From: Paragordius varius
Lineage: Eukaryota > Animalia > Nematomorpha
Assembly (NCBI GenBank): GCA_964247055.1
Contig: OZ176052.1
Span: 4,340,001 to 4,404,000, forward strand
DNA: 64,000 nt
Direction: 5' to 3'
In this document: positions 37,881 to 50,406 of the stretch, one piece after another
Layout: every line of letters begins with the position of its first letter
Numbering within the stretch: the stretch's first letter is position 1
Notes under the pieces: model-generated
What the model saw: the letters and a program-made list of their open reading frames with translations, nothing else
Told to the model about the DNA's origin: nothing
Databases searched by the model: none
Made by a program: the position numbers and the translations under genes

Positions 37881-40800
37881 TTACAAATTAAGTAAATTTT
37901 CTGTTAATGGTTGTGATTGTGGTCTTTTAAGTTGTTTGTACCACATTTCAGCATATTTACCATTTTCTATTGTTAACAAATCCTCGTGTCTGTAAAATAA
38001 AGTTAAAATATATTAATTTGTTAGATAAAAAAAATTGTTGCACAGTAATAGACCGTCATAAAGACACGAAATGTTGAAATAATACATAGTAAATTATTGG
38101 TATCATGGCTTAAATATAAATTAAAATGTTTGCTTAATTTAAACTTTTAACATTTAAAATAATTTTGATTTTTTTTGGCTCGAGAGGGCTAGAATCGACC
38201 AAATATTTAGTTAGGCGTTTGCGGAAAGTTACCCCCAACTTTCAAAATAATTGTATCTTATAAACTAAGGCCTTATTTAGAATTCTAAAACTTGCATCAT
38301 AATTAGCAGGAGATAATTAATTTAAAGAAGATATTTATTTTAAGAAAAGCTTATATTATAAGAGGGGGAGAGGAGTTAATCCAAATATGTATAAAAATAT
38401 TTACCGGCCCCTTTCTACGATTCGCCCTTGATCCAACACAATAATTTCATTGGCATGTGTTATGGTTGACAATCGGTGGGCAATAATAATTTGTGTCGTT
38501 TCTTTAACTGCACACATTTCAGCCAAATTTTTTTGTATCCGGGCTTCAGTTAAACTATCCATTGCTGATGTGGCCTACAAAACAAATAATCATTAATAAA
38601 ATTAAAATTAGATAATATTGAAAAATGAAGTCGGGTTTACATGGTTAACAAAAAAATTGTTAATTTTAAAACCAGAAATCGGAACTGGTAGCGTTTTTAT
38701 TGCGGTTCCGGTTATTAAAAAAATTTCCAAACACACTTTGGGGTTCCATTGTTTTTTTCGTGAATTGGTTCGGTTTCGGTTGATTTTTTAAAATAAATAT
38801 ATTATTTTTTTGATAAAATATGAATAATTGTCTATACATTATAATATTATTTAGAAAAAATATTAAATAAAATGGAAAAAAATAAAAGTATGATATAAAT
38901 CTAATTTTTTTTTGAACCTATTAATATCGCCTAGGTTCCGAAAACGGTTTTTCAGAACCGTTCTATAAAGAAATCTTTTGATTCCGGTTGCAGTTCATTG
39001 TTTAACCAAATTAAACACCATAATAAAATTTTAATTATATTGTATATGGTGAGGTTTTTTACCTAATTTATAAAATAATTTTTCGATCATTCGTTTATTA
39101 TGCGTATTAAAAATCATTGTTAATATACATTATAATATTATTGAATACTACGTTTGCGTTTAAATTTCAATATAATTAGTTAGTTTTCCAATAATACCAA
39201 AAAAATATATATTTAAAAATACGTTTCTCACTACTAAAACTAACCTCATCTAGCACTATAATTTTAGGAGATTGCAGTATGACACGAGCAATACCCACGC
39301 GCTGCTTTTCACCACCACTTAATCTAAGACCCTTTTCACCAACCATTGTTTCATATCCTATATTACAAACAAAACGTAAAAACATAAAGACAAAATGCTT
39401 TTTTAAAAGACAACCATCATATTTTTTAAACCTTATTTTTTTCGTATATAATTTAGTGACATTTTTTCCCAATTTACAACTCTATTTCATACTTTTCCAT
39501 TTAAAGTCGTGTATTATATATCATTTACAGCTCCAATTCACCCTCGAACAATTTATATTCCCCCCTAAAAATAAGCCATGTAATCTCATTATTAATAAGA
39601 ATTATTTCTTTATGGTATGTCTATTATATTTTTAACATAATGTTAAATTTAAACGAAATTTCATTTTTTAAAAATATAAAAAAAACATAGGTAATTTTTA
39701 ATATTCAAAAGCACATAATTTATACCAGGGTGAATTTGAATAGTTTGAATTGTGCAAAGGGGGAATTTGAGCCGTAAATGGTATAGTTAAAAAAAAGTTG
39801 CGGTCTTTGAAAAAATATATGTCTTTATGTTTTTAAATTTTGTTTGTATATTTTTGATTTACAAAGTAAAAAAAGTTTAGTGGCCAATAAACATCAATAT
39901 TATAAGAAAAATTTATAAAATGTTAACATATTAATTTGATACACAAATTATAGAAAAAATTTTATGTTTTTTTAACGACTCCAAAAATAGCTAATAGTAA
40001 TAAACAATGTTATGAGAATACCTTTGGGAAAAGACGATATAATTGTATCATGGATACATGCTATTTTAGCGGCTTCAATTATTTGTTTTGGAACGTTGCT
40101 ATCTATATAACATGTATTTCAAATTATACCAATATTTTAAATGTGAAAAAAAAGGTTTTTGTAATAAGAAATCATATTCAGTTCAGATGATTTCTCTTTT
40201 AATCTCGAGTAAAATACAAAATTAAAAACAAAAAAAATCCAAATTTTTATATAAATCCTTTGAGAGTACCTTTCGAGCCTTCATTGTCAATAACATTATT
40301 TTTATCCTTATTGATTTTCTCTGTTCCGTTACAAGAAGTCGCATTAGTATTACAAAACGTGCCATAATCAATGTTATTGGCTATGGTTTGATTGAAAAGA
40401 TAAACATCTTGAGGTACAAGGCCCATTTGACGTCGCAGTGTAATAGCATCAGACATAAGAGATTCGCTAAAAGCATTCACAGTAAAATTAGCATTATGAA
40501 AGACAAAACGTAAAAATAAAAGGATAAATATTGTTTCAACAAAGATATCCATCCAATCTTTCTTAAACTTTTACTTTTTATTATTGTAATAAGGATAAAC
40601 TAAAATTGCTAACACTCTCACAATTACTTAGGTCACTTACAAATCAAGGTTCAAAAAATATAGCTGTCTCTTTCTTCAAAAATTTATCTTTTAGTTTTAC
40701 CGTTCTTTATAATTTCAATTTTTACTGTATATCAACTCCATCAATCAAAATTTTTCCACTCTCCGGCCTATACAAATTAAACAATAGTTTAATTATGGTA

Positions 40801-43800
40801 GATTTTCCGGCTCCCGTTAGCCCAACTATTCCAAGAATATGTCCTGCTGGTATGTGGAAGGATATATCGTACAAAATGTCTTTTTTATTTTCAGGCGAAA
40901 CTGTTTTATCCATATTTTTACTATTTTGTGATTTCATACCAACAAAATTTTTATCATAACCAAATGAGACGTGGGAAAATTCAATTTCACCCCTTGTAAT
41001 GATAAATGGTTCTTGATGATGATGAGATGATGTAGTTACATTTATTTGTGGTTCAAAAACATTTAAAGGATGCTGTTTAGAATTTGTTGGAAAAAGTAAA
41101 TTCTTCTCATTATTGTCGATGATGGGTTCAATCTCATGAACATATTTATCTAATTGTTGGGGTGATAGCGAGGCATCATAAGGTTTTTCCCGTATGAGAT
41201 CAATCAAATTTTCGAGATCAATTGAGCTTTGCTGTATACTTCTGTAAAGGAAGAATAAAAATTAATTTATCACTAAGAATTTGTATATAAATATATGGAT
41301 AAAATATCTATAAATTAGGTGAACAAATACATAAAGGAAATTAAAAAAGGAGAATATCTATAACTATATACAGCCCAAAATTCATATTATAACAATTAAT
41401 TGACAATATTTGCAGTGTAAAATTTTTTTAGTTTCAGACTTAATTTTAATCTTAGTATTCGCGTTAAAACAGCTGGAAAAATAAATCACCATGTATGAAT
41501 TATTTATGACTCAGCCTTTTCATATATACAGTATGCATTTTAATGGTTGCTTATTTCACAATAGTAGGAATATTCGCAACACAGTAGTGTATGGAAAAAA
41601 CAACAAGATGTAGAATAAACAATTTTTCCTTTATACACTACTGTGCTTTATTGCCCAACTATAATGTGATATAAGCAGCCATCAAAATGCATACTGTATA
41701 AATATATAGCTATATTCACACAACTTACCTGTAAAAAGATCCAAACCAATTAAGAGGGATGTATAATTGTCCCAAATAACTGACATACAATACAAAGTCT
41801 CCAACATCAAACGTGCGACGTGGGTTAAAACTCGGTTGACCGATTGATTTGGCAATGAGGAGAGTACCACTCAACAAACCAATCCAAACACATATAAGTC
41901 CTTGAATGCAATTTAACCCGTTAAGTGATGTCGATGTTATCCATTCTTCATTCTAAATGAATAGATATAGAACTGTAAAAATCTGCAAAACACAGGCTTA
42001 AAATTTTATTGAAATATTTGAATGAAATTATATTGTTTTATATATATTAACCTTATTTTGTATAAGAAAAAATTAAAAAAGACAAAATAAAAGTAAAACA
42101 CAAATATGGTTAAAACAAGATTCATACATTTTATGCCCTAATTTTTTAATATAACCTATCATTTTGTGTTGCAAAATAAGAAATAAAAATGGAAATTGTG
42201 AAACACTCAATTATATGTTGTAAAACTGTAATCATTTAGGTAATATAGAACAACAAACTATGTTAAAAAAGGTGGGTGTCTTCACAAAAAATATTTGTCT
42301 TTATTTATAGTTTCATTTTTACTGTAAAATTACTTGATAATTTTTAATGCTGCGCGCATATTGTTCGATTTCAAACCATTCGGCCGCATTGTATTTCACA
42401 GTTTCAAAATTGAAGAGCGTTTCAGTAGCCTTGGCAGATATAATGTTATCTAATTGATTCATGGAACGTCTATGTTTCGTTCTCCATTCAGTTATAACTA
42501 TGGTTATAGCTAAAAAGAATATAACAATTTTAGCTAAAAATATTCATATACTTTTTTGTAAATACAGTAGGAATAATGATACATATTTATTAATCTTTGC
42601 TATATGCTATCTGAATTATTTAGATAAATACATTTTTCTCAAAATATATCAAATTAAAAAATATATATACCAATGTAACAAACTATGGTAAGGAATATAA
42701 TGGCCGAATAATAGGAACCAAAAACTGTAGCCAGGTATACAATGGCAATTATGATATCGATAAGGGTTGGTCCAATCGAAAATGAAACGTAGCTATAAAA
42801 ATGCGTATGTATATGACATAAAATCAACAAGATAATAAAATTTGATTATAAGTACTTTTGTGGCCTAAATAAAATGATTAAATAACTTTTTTAGAAATTA
42901 ATTTTATAAATGGTATATTAATTTTTATGGACCAATAAACATTAAAAAAAACACCAGAAGCAACAGTAATAGGGTAAAATTCCTGAAACTTGGTTTTTAC
43001 AACTGAAAATAGATTTGTTTCGTAAAAACAATTTTTTTGCATTTAAAAAGAAAAATGTATAAAAAGATTTTTTAATTTTTTTGTTAAACCTCAATAAATG
43101 GAACGCCAACATATTTTAAAAATCGGAAAAATACCCCAATCGGTAATAAAAAAATGTAAATCATTACTTCAAAATTGTATCTATGCTTTGTGTACCCCGC
43201 TCAAGAATGCGTAATACCTCACCCGTTTTTTTCGATATATGCCATTGGAGTGGTAATGATAATATGTGTCGATATACATCCACCTATTATAAACAAAATT
43301 TTAACTTTATAAAAATTATCTGAAAAAATCAGCTATAATATGTTTCAACTTTTTAAGCAAAAACATAAAAAATAAAAACATACAAATCAATTATCTAAAA
43401 TCCACCATCATCATAGTTTATTTAATAAATATCACTACACAAATCTCTGATTGTAAATTACTGGGTATGTAATGCACTAATATTTTTAATATATTCTTTG
43501 TTAAATGATCTGAAGTTCAAAAAAATTTGATAAGTAACGAGAAAAGTTTCATAAATTTTTTGTGTATATTTACATTTAAAAGTTACGAAATGAATAATAT
43601 AATATATGTTTTAATCTATTTTGTAAATATAGTGTACCTCCAATCGTTTTGTGGAATATTGTTGGATTGATATCCATAAAAAAGAGCGGAAATTACTCAA
43701 CAATCCAGATCCACCTATGCAAGAGATATTATATTTATAGTTGATCGATATCAAAAATATTGTAAATATTTAGTAGTTTAAACAGTTACCTATGCCAAAT

Positions 43801-45233
43801 CCTTGTAAAGATTGGAGGAATATGAACAATAAAATGGTTTTCCAGCAAAACTCCCTTTTAGTCAGCATATTTACTATGGTAAAAATAAATTATTCAAAAA
43901 ATATATATAGAATTTTGTAGATATTTAAGGATAATTAATTACAAACATCTCATTATTATTGTTATAATTTAATCACTGAAAATAATATTGAAAAAAAAAT
44001 ATTTTACAACCAATTAACTTTTTTACATGTAATAATTGTTTTAATGGTAATTTCTAAAAAGATTATTTCAGCCAAGGCGAAAAGAAAACACCGTATACAT
44101 TCACAAAGGGTTTAAGACCACAGAAAATTCAATAATATATATAGTTTTAAAACTAAAATAAAGAATATATTATAAACCGTATCCAATTAAAAAAACTCAT
44201 TATTTAATATAAATCATACTCTGGTAAGTTATGTGTAAAAGGTGATAAAGTTTAATACTTTTCTAAAAAACAATTAACTTTTCCAAAACATTAAAATATT
44301 TAACAACCGTATAACATTAAAAAAACTCTTATACTTATATTCTTGTAAGTTATGGGTAGCAAGACATTGATAAAGCGTCCAGCCAAAACGACAATTGCAC
44401 AACATACAATGTAAAATTGTAAACGTCGTTGGCCAGCCGGCCACAGATAAGGTCCGATAAGTTTGGCTTTAAGTCGTAAATCTTTCCAGGTACTACTATG
44501 TAGTGAATGATTTGAGTTTGCATTAGTGTTTAAATCAGTATTGGTAATGTGTGCTGTGTTAAAGAAATTATGCAGACGATTGTTGAAACTTGGAATGCTA
44601 TATAAAGCCGGTGCTTTAATCCCAATGAAAAACAGCGTGTTGGTAACCAGGTATCGTAGGACAAAAATGCTTAGTTCAATTTTATCAGCTAATGTTCGGC
44701 CATTCCACCACCAAAGTTCGTGAGACCAATTTACAAAGGATAAATTTTCCCAGAAGAGACAAAAAGCCCAAAAAAGTATAAGAACTAGTCCATGACCCCT
44801 AGCAGGTATTCCAGGTAAACTTCTACCTCGCTCTAAACGAATTAGGTAATAACACATGGACCAAGACCATATATTACATATCCCGACTACCAAAGCATAA
44901 ACATAAAATTTGCGTACACCATCTATGGGCGGAAAATCAAGGAAATAATCTATAAATATTCGAATAAAATGTAAGATCACAACCATGACTATAAGACATT
45001 TTTGAAAGGTAAAAAGACGGGTATGTGGCCTATATGAGATCAAATTAATTATAATACCGTTCCCAATACTCTAGCACAGTTGAATATTTCTTATATTTAC
45101 GAATTTGTAACCAGCCAAATATATTTATAAAAATTAGCACAGATAATGAGGATAGAGTATCAATAAAGCATGGATTAAAACCATGATCCCATTTGTAAAA
45201 ATTTTTGAGAGTAATTTCGGCACAATATTTCAT
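37881..45233 (-). CDS. ABCB6: ABCB6 / HMT-1 family half ABC transporter, ~951 aa, 14 exons
   Basis: Exons 45233-45058, 45029-44335, 43873-43790, 43714-43638, 43283-43168, 42792-42671, 42509-42334, 41952-41729, 41241-40726, 40466-40270, 40102-40022, 39357-39245, 38574-38405, 37989-37881, all phase-consistent. TMD0 signatures ([38 protein letters not shown]), [25 protein letters not shown], Walker [38 protein letters not shown]. Confidence 0.95.
39366..39846. mobile_element. TA-flanked MITE (CGGACAAAACG family) with a CCATTT-family MITE nested at 39521-39781
   Basis: TA|CAAACAAAACGTAAAAAC ... TTTTGTTTG|TA; inner element TCATTTACAG...CCGTAAATGG|TA. Confidence 0.7.
41529..41696. mobile_element. 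Palindromic MITE with CAGTATGCATTTT termini and TA TSD
   Basis: TA|CAGTATGCATTTTAATGGTTGCTTAT ... ATAAGCAGCCATCAAAATGCATACTG|TA; sibling at 51555-51702. Confidence 0.9.
45030..45057 (-). other. 28-nt micro-intron (ABCB6 intron 1)
   Basis: GTATTATAATTAATTTGATCTCATATAG. Unspliced frame stops (YWERYYN*); removal gives [13 protein letters not shown], joining the N-terminal exon to the 695-nt exon. Confidence 0.85.
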
Positions 45234-45295
45234 TGTGCATATGGTTGAGGTGAATGCGTCAATAAAAACATGTAAAATTTAAAATACGGTGTTGG
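45234..45295. promoter_or_regulatory. 62-bp head-to-head interval between ABCB6 and VPS11 start codons (putative bidirectional promoter)
   Basis: ATG at 45233 (minus) and ATG at 45296 (plus); both N-termini match family-conserved starts (MKYC...; MANLQWRRFNFF). Confidence 0.75.
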
Positions 45296-48200
45296 ATGGC
45301 AAATTTGCAGGTTATAATTAAATTAAATTTTAGTGGCGTAGGTTTAATTTTTTTGAAAAATATGTGGACGCATTGAATACCTATAAGGTTGAAAGCCATT
45401 TAGTTGCTAGTCAGAGATATGAAAACAATTTAATATTATGTGATAGCACTGGAAAAATTCATTTTTCAAATAAAAACGAAACCACTTTAAACAACGCATA
45501 TTCACAGACCATCACACTAGTCAAGATTGTGGGTGATTTTATGATTACCGTTGGAGTAATATTACTTGTAATTCATTTAGTATGACAACGGATGTTCATA
45601 TCCGATTATAAAAATATGGAATCTTAAACAAATATTTGTCAATAAGAAAGTTTTTAGCCTTAGATCTGTCAAAGTTTTATTCCCCAATTTTCCATACATT
45701 ACCTCTATATGTATGCATCGCAATATGCTTTATTTATTTGTGGGGTTAACATCTGGACAAATAATATTTTACCGAGCCAACTTTGCAGTCTTTGATAAGT
45801 ATTTAAACTTTATATTAAAATCTTCATTTCAGCCATAAAATTGATTTTTAAATATAAAAATTGATTTCATGATTTTTAATTATTTATAATTCCATTTTTT
45901 ATGCAAAAACGGTTGCGCTTGCACACCAACTTTTCCGTTTCCAAAAGATTTTTTTAAAAACAAATTTGGATTAGGTCCATTGATTTTTAGATAGTTTTCA
46001 TTGTTTTATTTTTTAAAAAGATTTCAGGCCACATTTTTATCAAAAAAATATGTATATGTAAACAGCAATATTTTATAATCTGCTATAGTTTTATGTAAAA
46101 ACATAAAAATTTGATATATCAAATATAATTATTCTTTATTAAGCCAGGATCCGGACCTGTTTTTGGTTCCAAAACAGGATAAAAATAGCTCATTTGGGTT
46201 ATATGAAAACGGTTTGGGTTTCGATTTCTTTATAATAGATTTGCAATTAATATTTTTTTAATGAAATATTAACGTTACATTTATTGACAGAGAAGGAATT
46301 CCCCTTAAACCTAAATTATTTTATGATGCAAATCAGTCATCTGCAATTACAAACATGTTTATGGTTCATAAAACATCTTATCGAATGGTTAAAAAATTAA
46401 CTCCAGACATAACCATTGATAAAGCTATTATGACAGTTTCTGCCAAAAACTTTTTTGTCACCTCTGATATTGGTAACATTTTTTATGTCAAAAAATTGAT
46501 TAAATTTAATATCAATCTAATAATTAGCATCAAGAAATTTACGCCCATTCAAATTTTATATGCATGCTCTTGTATGCGCTTTTTATATTAAAAATTTTAT
46601 AATAGAGAATTAAAATAGGGACAATTACTGTATATAATTTTGTAGTAAATAATCAATCAATTTTGTTTTTAATGTTTAAATATATGTTTATCTTTTTTGA
46701 TTAAGCTAGTGTTTCAAAAGGTTTGCCAGTCAATAAAACAACAAAAACTGTCACCTGGGTTAGAAAACGAATAGGCGTTACACATTTGTGTGTAACGACC
46801 ATCTCATCTATCCTTACTTTAACGTTTCAAGACGCAAACTTGAATGTTCTTTATGCTTCCAAAGTTTTGGGTAATTTAATTTATTGCATAATTGCAAGGA
46901 TTACTTATTTAATACGTTTAATTTTACTGTTAACGAAAAATTGCTATTCCTCGCTTTATTTGCCTTTTTATTTTAGGAGTAAATTTAACCATTTTCTCAT
47001 CATTTTTATGTTTTTTAAGATTAGAAATTATGTATTTATAATATTTAAAATAAAAGTTAGATATAAATGTGAGTCGTTTTAAGTTGAGAACTTGTTAATT
47101 AAAAAACTACCCGTTATTAACGGTTATTGATGATTTGTTTTAGCTGTTAAATGGTGGTTGGATATCATTTGTTTTAGTTTAATAAACAATTGAATTTGAG
47201 GTGCCTTGTTTGGAATGAATTGCTATTTTTTACTTTACAAAAAATTAATACAAACTTTTTTACATATAATATTTAAAAAGTATTTATAGCTTTTTATTTT
47301 GTGTTATTAATAATTTAATACCGGGGTTATCATGATTTTTCTGTGAATAATTTTTATGAACCATATCTTAAATATGTTTAATTTTTTCGGCTGTTTGTAT
47401 AAATTAACATCGGTTTAGCCAAAAATTTAAAGCATTTTAATACTAAATAACTAATGATTAGTATTCCATACCTGATTTGAGGGTTTATTAAAAACCGAAA
47501 AGCGACTTAATGCTATAAATATTAAATAAGTGTTCATAAATATATCAATAGTTATCAAAAATTATTTTACGTTAATAAACGCTTATAAGATGCAACAACT
47601 CCAAACTTTAAATTGCTTATAAATAATTTATTAATAAAATAAACTAAAGGAAATAAATACTTTTAAAGTTAGGTAAAGCATGAATATGATTAAAAAGTTT
47701 AGATTGTATGATAAAAAACTTAATGACCTTAAATTATAGGGAGTGAAACTATAGGTTTGGTAAATTAAACTATACGGACAAAACGTAAAAATATTAAGAC
47801 AAATGTTTTTTAAAAAGACACTCTATTTTTTACCTTAGTTTTTCCTATACAAATCATGTAATTACGATGGTAAAATACATAATTGATTGTGTTACTTTAC
47901 CTATTTACATCTCAATTCAAACTTTGCGGTTTTAAATGAGTTTTATTTAAAAAATGATTCAAAAAGTATGGTTGTCTTTTATAAAAATATATTTGTCCTT
48001 ATATTTTTACGTTTTGTCCGTATAATTTTAATTTTTAATTTGTATTTTGGCACATTTTAATCGTAAATTTTATATGCACAATTTATTTTAAAAGTTTTTA
48101 AAAGTATATATATTTGGATTTTTTTATTATAAAATATATTTTGAGAATAGAACCAGTCTTTAAACAATTTGTTACCCTTAACGTTTTAAACGATGTAATG

Positions 48201-50366
48201 GGCTGCGATCCAGAATGTGCCTGTATATGCCGTTTACCATCTGGTTCAACATTAAATCCAAATTCTTCATCTTCAACAATCATAAATAAATTGTCAAATA
48301 ATCCATATTCCACAGACCTTACCAAATCGATTGTACTTGAGAATTCAGGAGGGATTAAAGGGTAGATTGTTGTTGTTTTTTTAATTTTTGAAAATGTCCA
48401 TTTTGAACAAAAAAAAAGAATTTTGCTAGTAATTGGGGGATTCTTGTGTAGAACTCAATTATAATAAAAGTTTTAGATTAGAAATAAATTTTCTATCATT
48501 TATGAATGTTAATATAGCGAATGAGCTACTTTAGTGTATTATATACAACATTAAATAAAAACCGAACTTCCGTCATACGTTTCTCGAAATAAAATTAAAA
48601 TTATTTAAAATTACTCAATATATTATAAATTTTTGTTTTTTACTTAATTAATGTGAAAATAATCGGATTTTTTCATCTTTTGGGGTTTCTTATAAGGAGA
48701 ATTTAACTCACACTTAATATTGTGTGGGAAAGAAAGTATATACAACTTTTACTGGTGTAAAAAATTAATTCTAACTCTGAAATGCATGATAATTAGTATG
48801 AACAAATTGAATTAGTTAATATGCGCTAGTCATTAAAATCTTATTTTGCAGGAAAATTATGTTAGGTGACATACCGTAAAATAGGATAATATTTTATTTA
48901 TAACTATATTATCATTAATTTAAATTTAGTACTACAAGCAAATTTTCTACTAGTTCACAAAATAACCATACTTCACATACATCATCTCCGTCTGAAGCTC
49001 TGTATCAAGATTATTTTGTGGTGGCTAAACATGAGGCCATTTATTTTTATACAATGGAGTTTTTGGGGCCGTGTTTGGCATTCGAATCCACGAAGCTTGT
49101 CATAAAATCGTTTGGTAATTACTTAATCCTTATAACTGATCCGGTTGATTTAACTAACGAACCTTCTGAACTTCAAAAATCTACGCATAATTTAGCATCA
49201 ATAGCTAACTATAATATAAAGTACCAGCAAGAGCAACAAAATAGCAGTATTGAAGGATTTACAACTTACCTTAAAAGGTCGGTAATAGTGTGCATTTTTA
49301 ATTTTTTTAATATGTTTAATAATATTCTTTGACCAAAAGTGCAAATTTGTAATTGATTGTCTTTTTTAAGATAATGTTTTATATAGTTTTTAACCGGGTT
49401 TTTAATCAAGTAAATTAAATTGTATGTTACATTTTTTGAAATTTTATTAAGTTTAAAAGATAAATGTACATTCAACATACAGATACTGTAATAAAGTTTA
49501 GTCTTGTTATATAATTATCAATTTGAAACTCAAACATTTTTTGCATAATATATAGACCAAAGAATGTCATATTAACCATTTACGACATTGTAAACAAAAT
49601 CATTGCATTTTCCTCACCCATCCCTGCTTTCGAGAATTTATTATTACCGTATCGACATAATAACACCTTTTCTTTAAGCGCTATAAATCAACAAAATCTT
49701 ATCACCAATAAAAACTTTAAAAGAGTAGAAAATAGCCTTGATGTCCAAAGTATATCCAAAAACAATAGTATGACACTATCTAGTATTTGGATTTTAACAT
49801 GTACTAATTTTGCACATCAATCCTCCTCCTCCTACAATTTAATTGAATTGTGTGAACAATCTTTGGAAACAAAACTTGAAATTGTAGTACAAAAAAATTT
49901 ATACAGCTTAGCCATTAACATGGTTAATAATTACAATGAAAATACTAACCAATTCGTAGGAGAAATTAGAACATCAAATCAAACATATGATACTGCAACA
50001 TTGTATGGAAACAATTATAATGTAGTAGTCAGTAGTAGTAATAATATTATGTTTCAAATTTACAAACTCTATGGTGATTACCTGTATGATAAAGGTGATT
50101 TTTATGGTGCGATTAAGCAATACATCAAAACAATTTCTTTCAACGGCATAGAACAGGGTAAGAATAGGATTTGTTAATTTTTAAATTGAGAGTTTTGATA
50201 AATTAAATTTTTCACTAAATGTATGATGAAAAACCAATAATATAGATATATATATATAGAATTGGTGAAATATTACAATAAGGAGTTTGTCGTTTTTATA
50301 ATAACTCGCAATATACATAATTTAATTGTCTATATCTTATGAAATTATAAAAACGATTATGTTAGA

Positions 50367-50406
<40 letters not shown>

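Noticed and set aside
45030-45585. Stop-codon readthrough, programmed frameshifting or a variant genetic code as the explanation for the ABCB6/VPS11 interruptions
   Set aside because: Each break needs removal of 23, 25 or 28 nt bounded exactly by GT and AG to restore homology; TAA/TAG/TGA behave as normal stops in all other exons.
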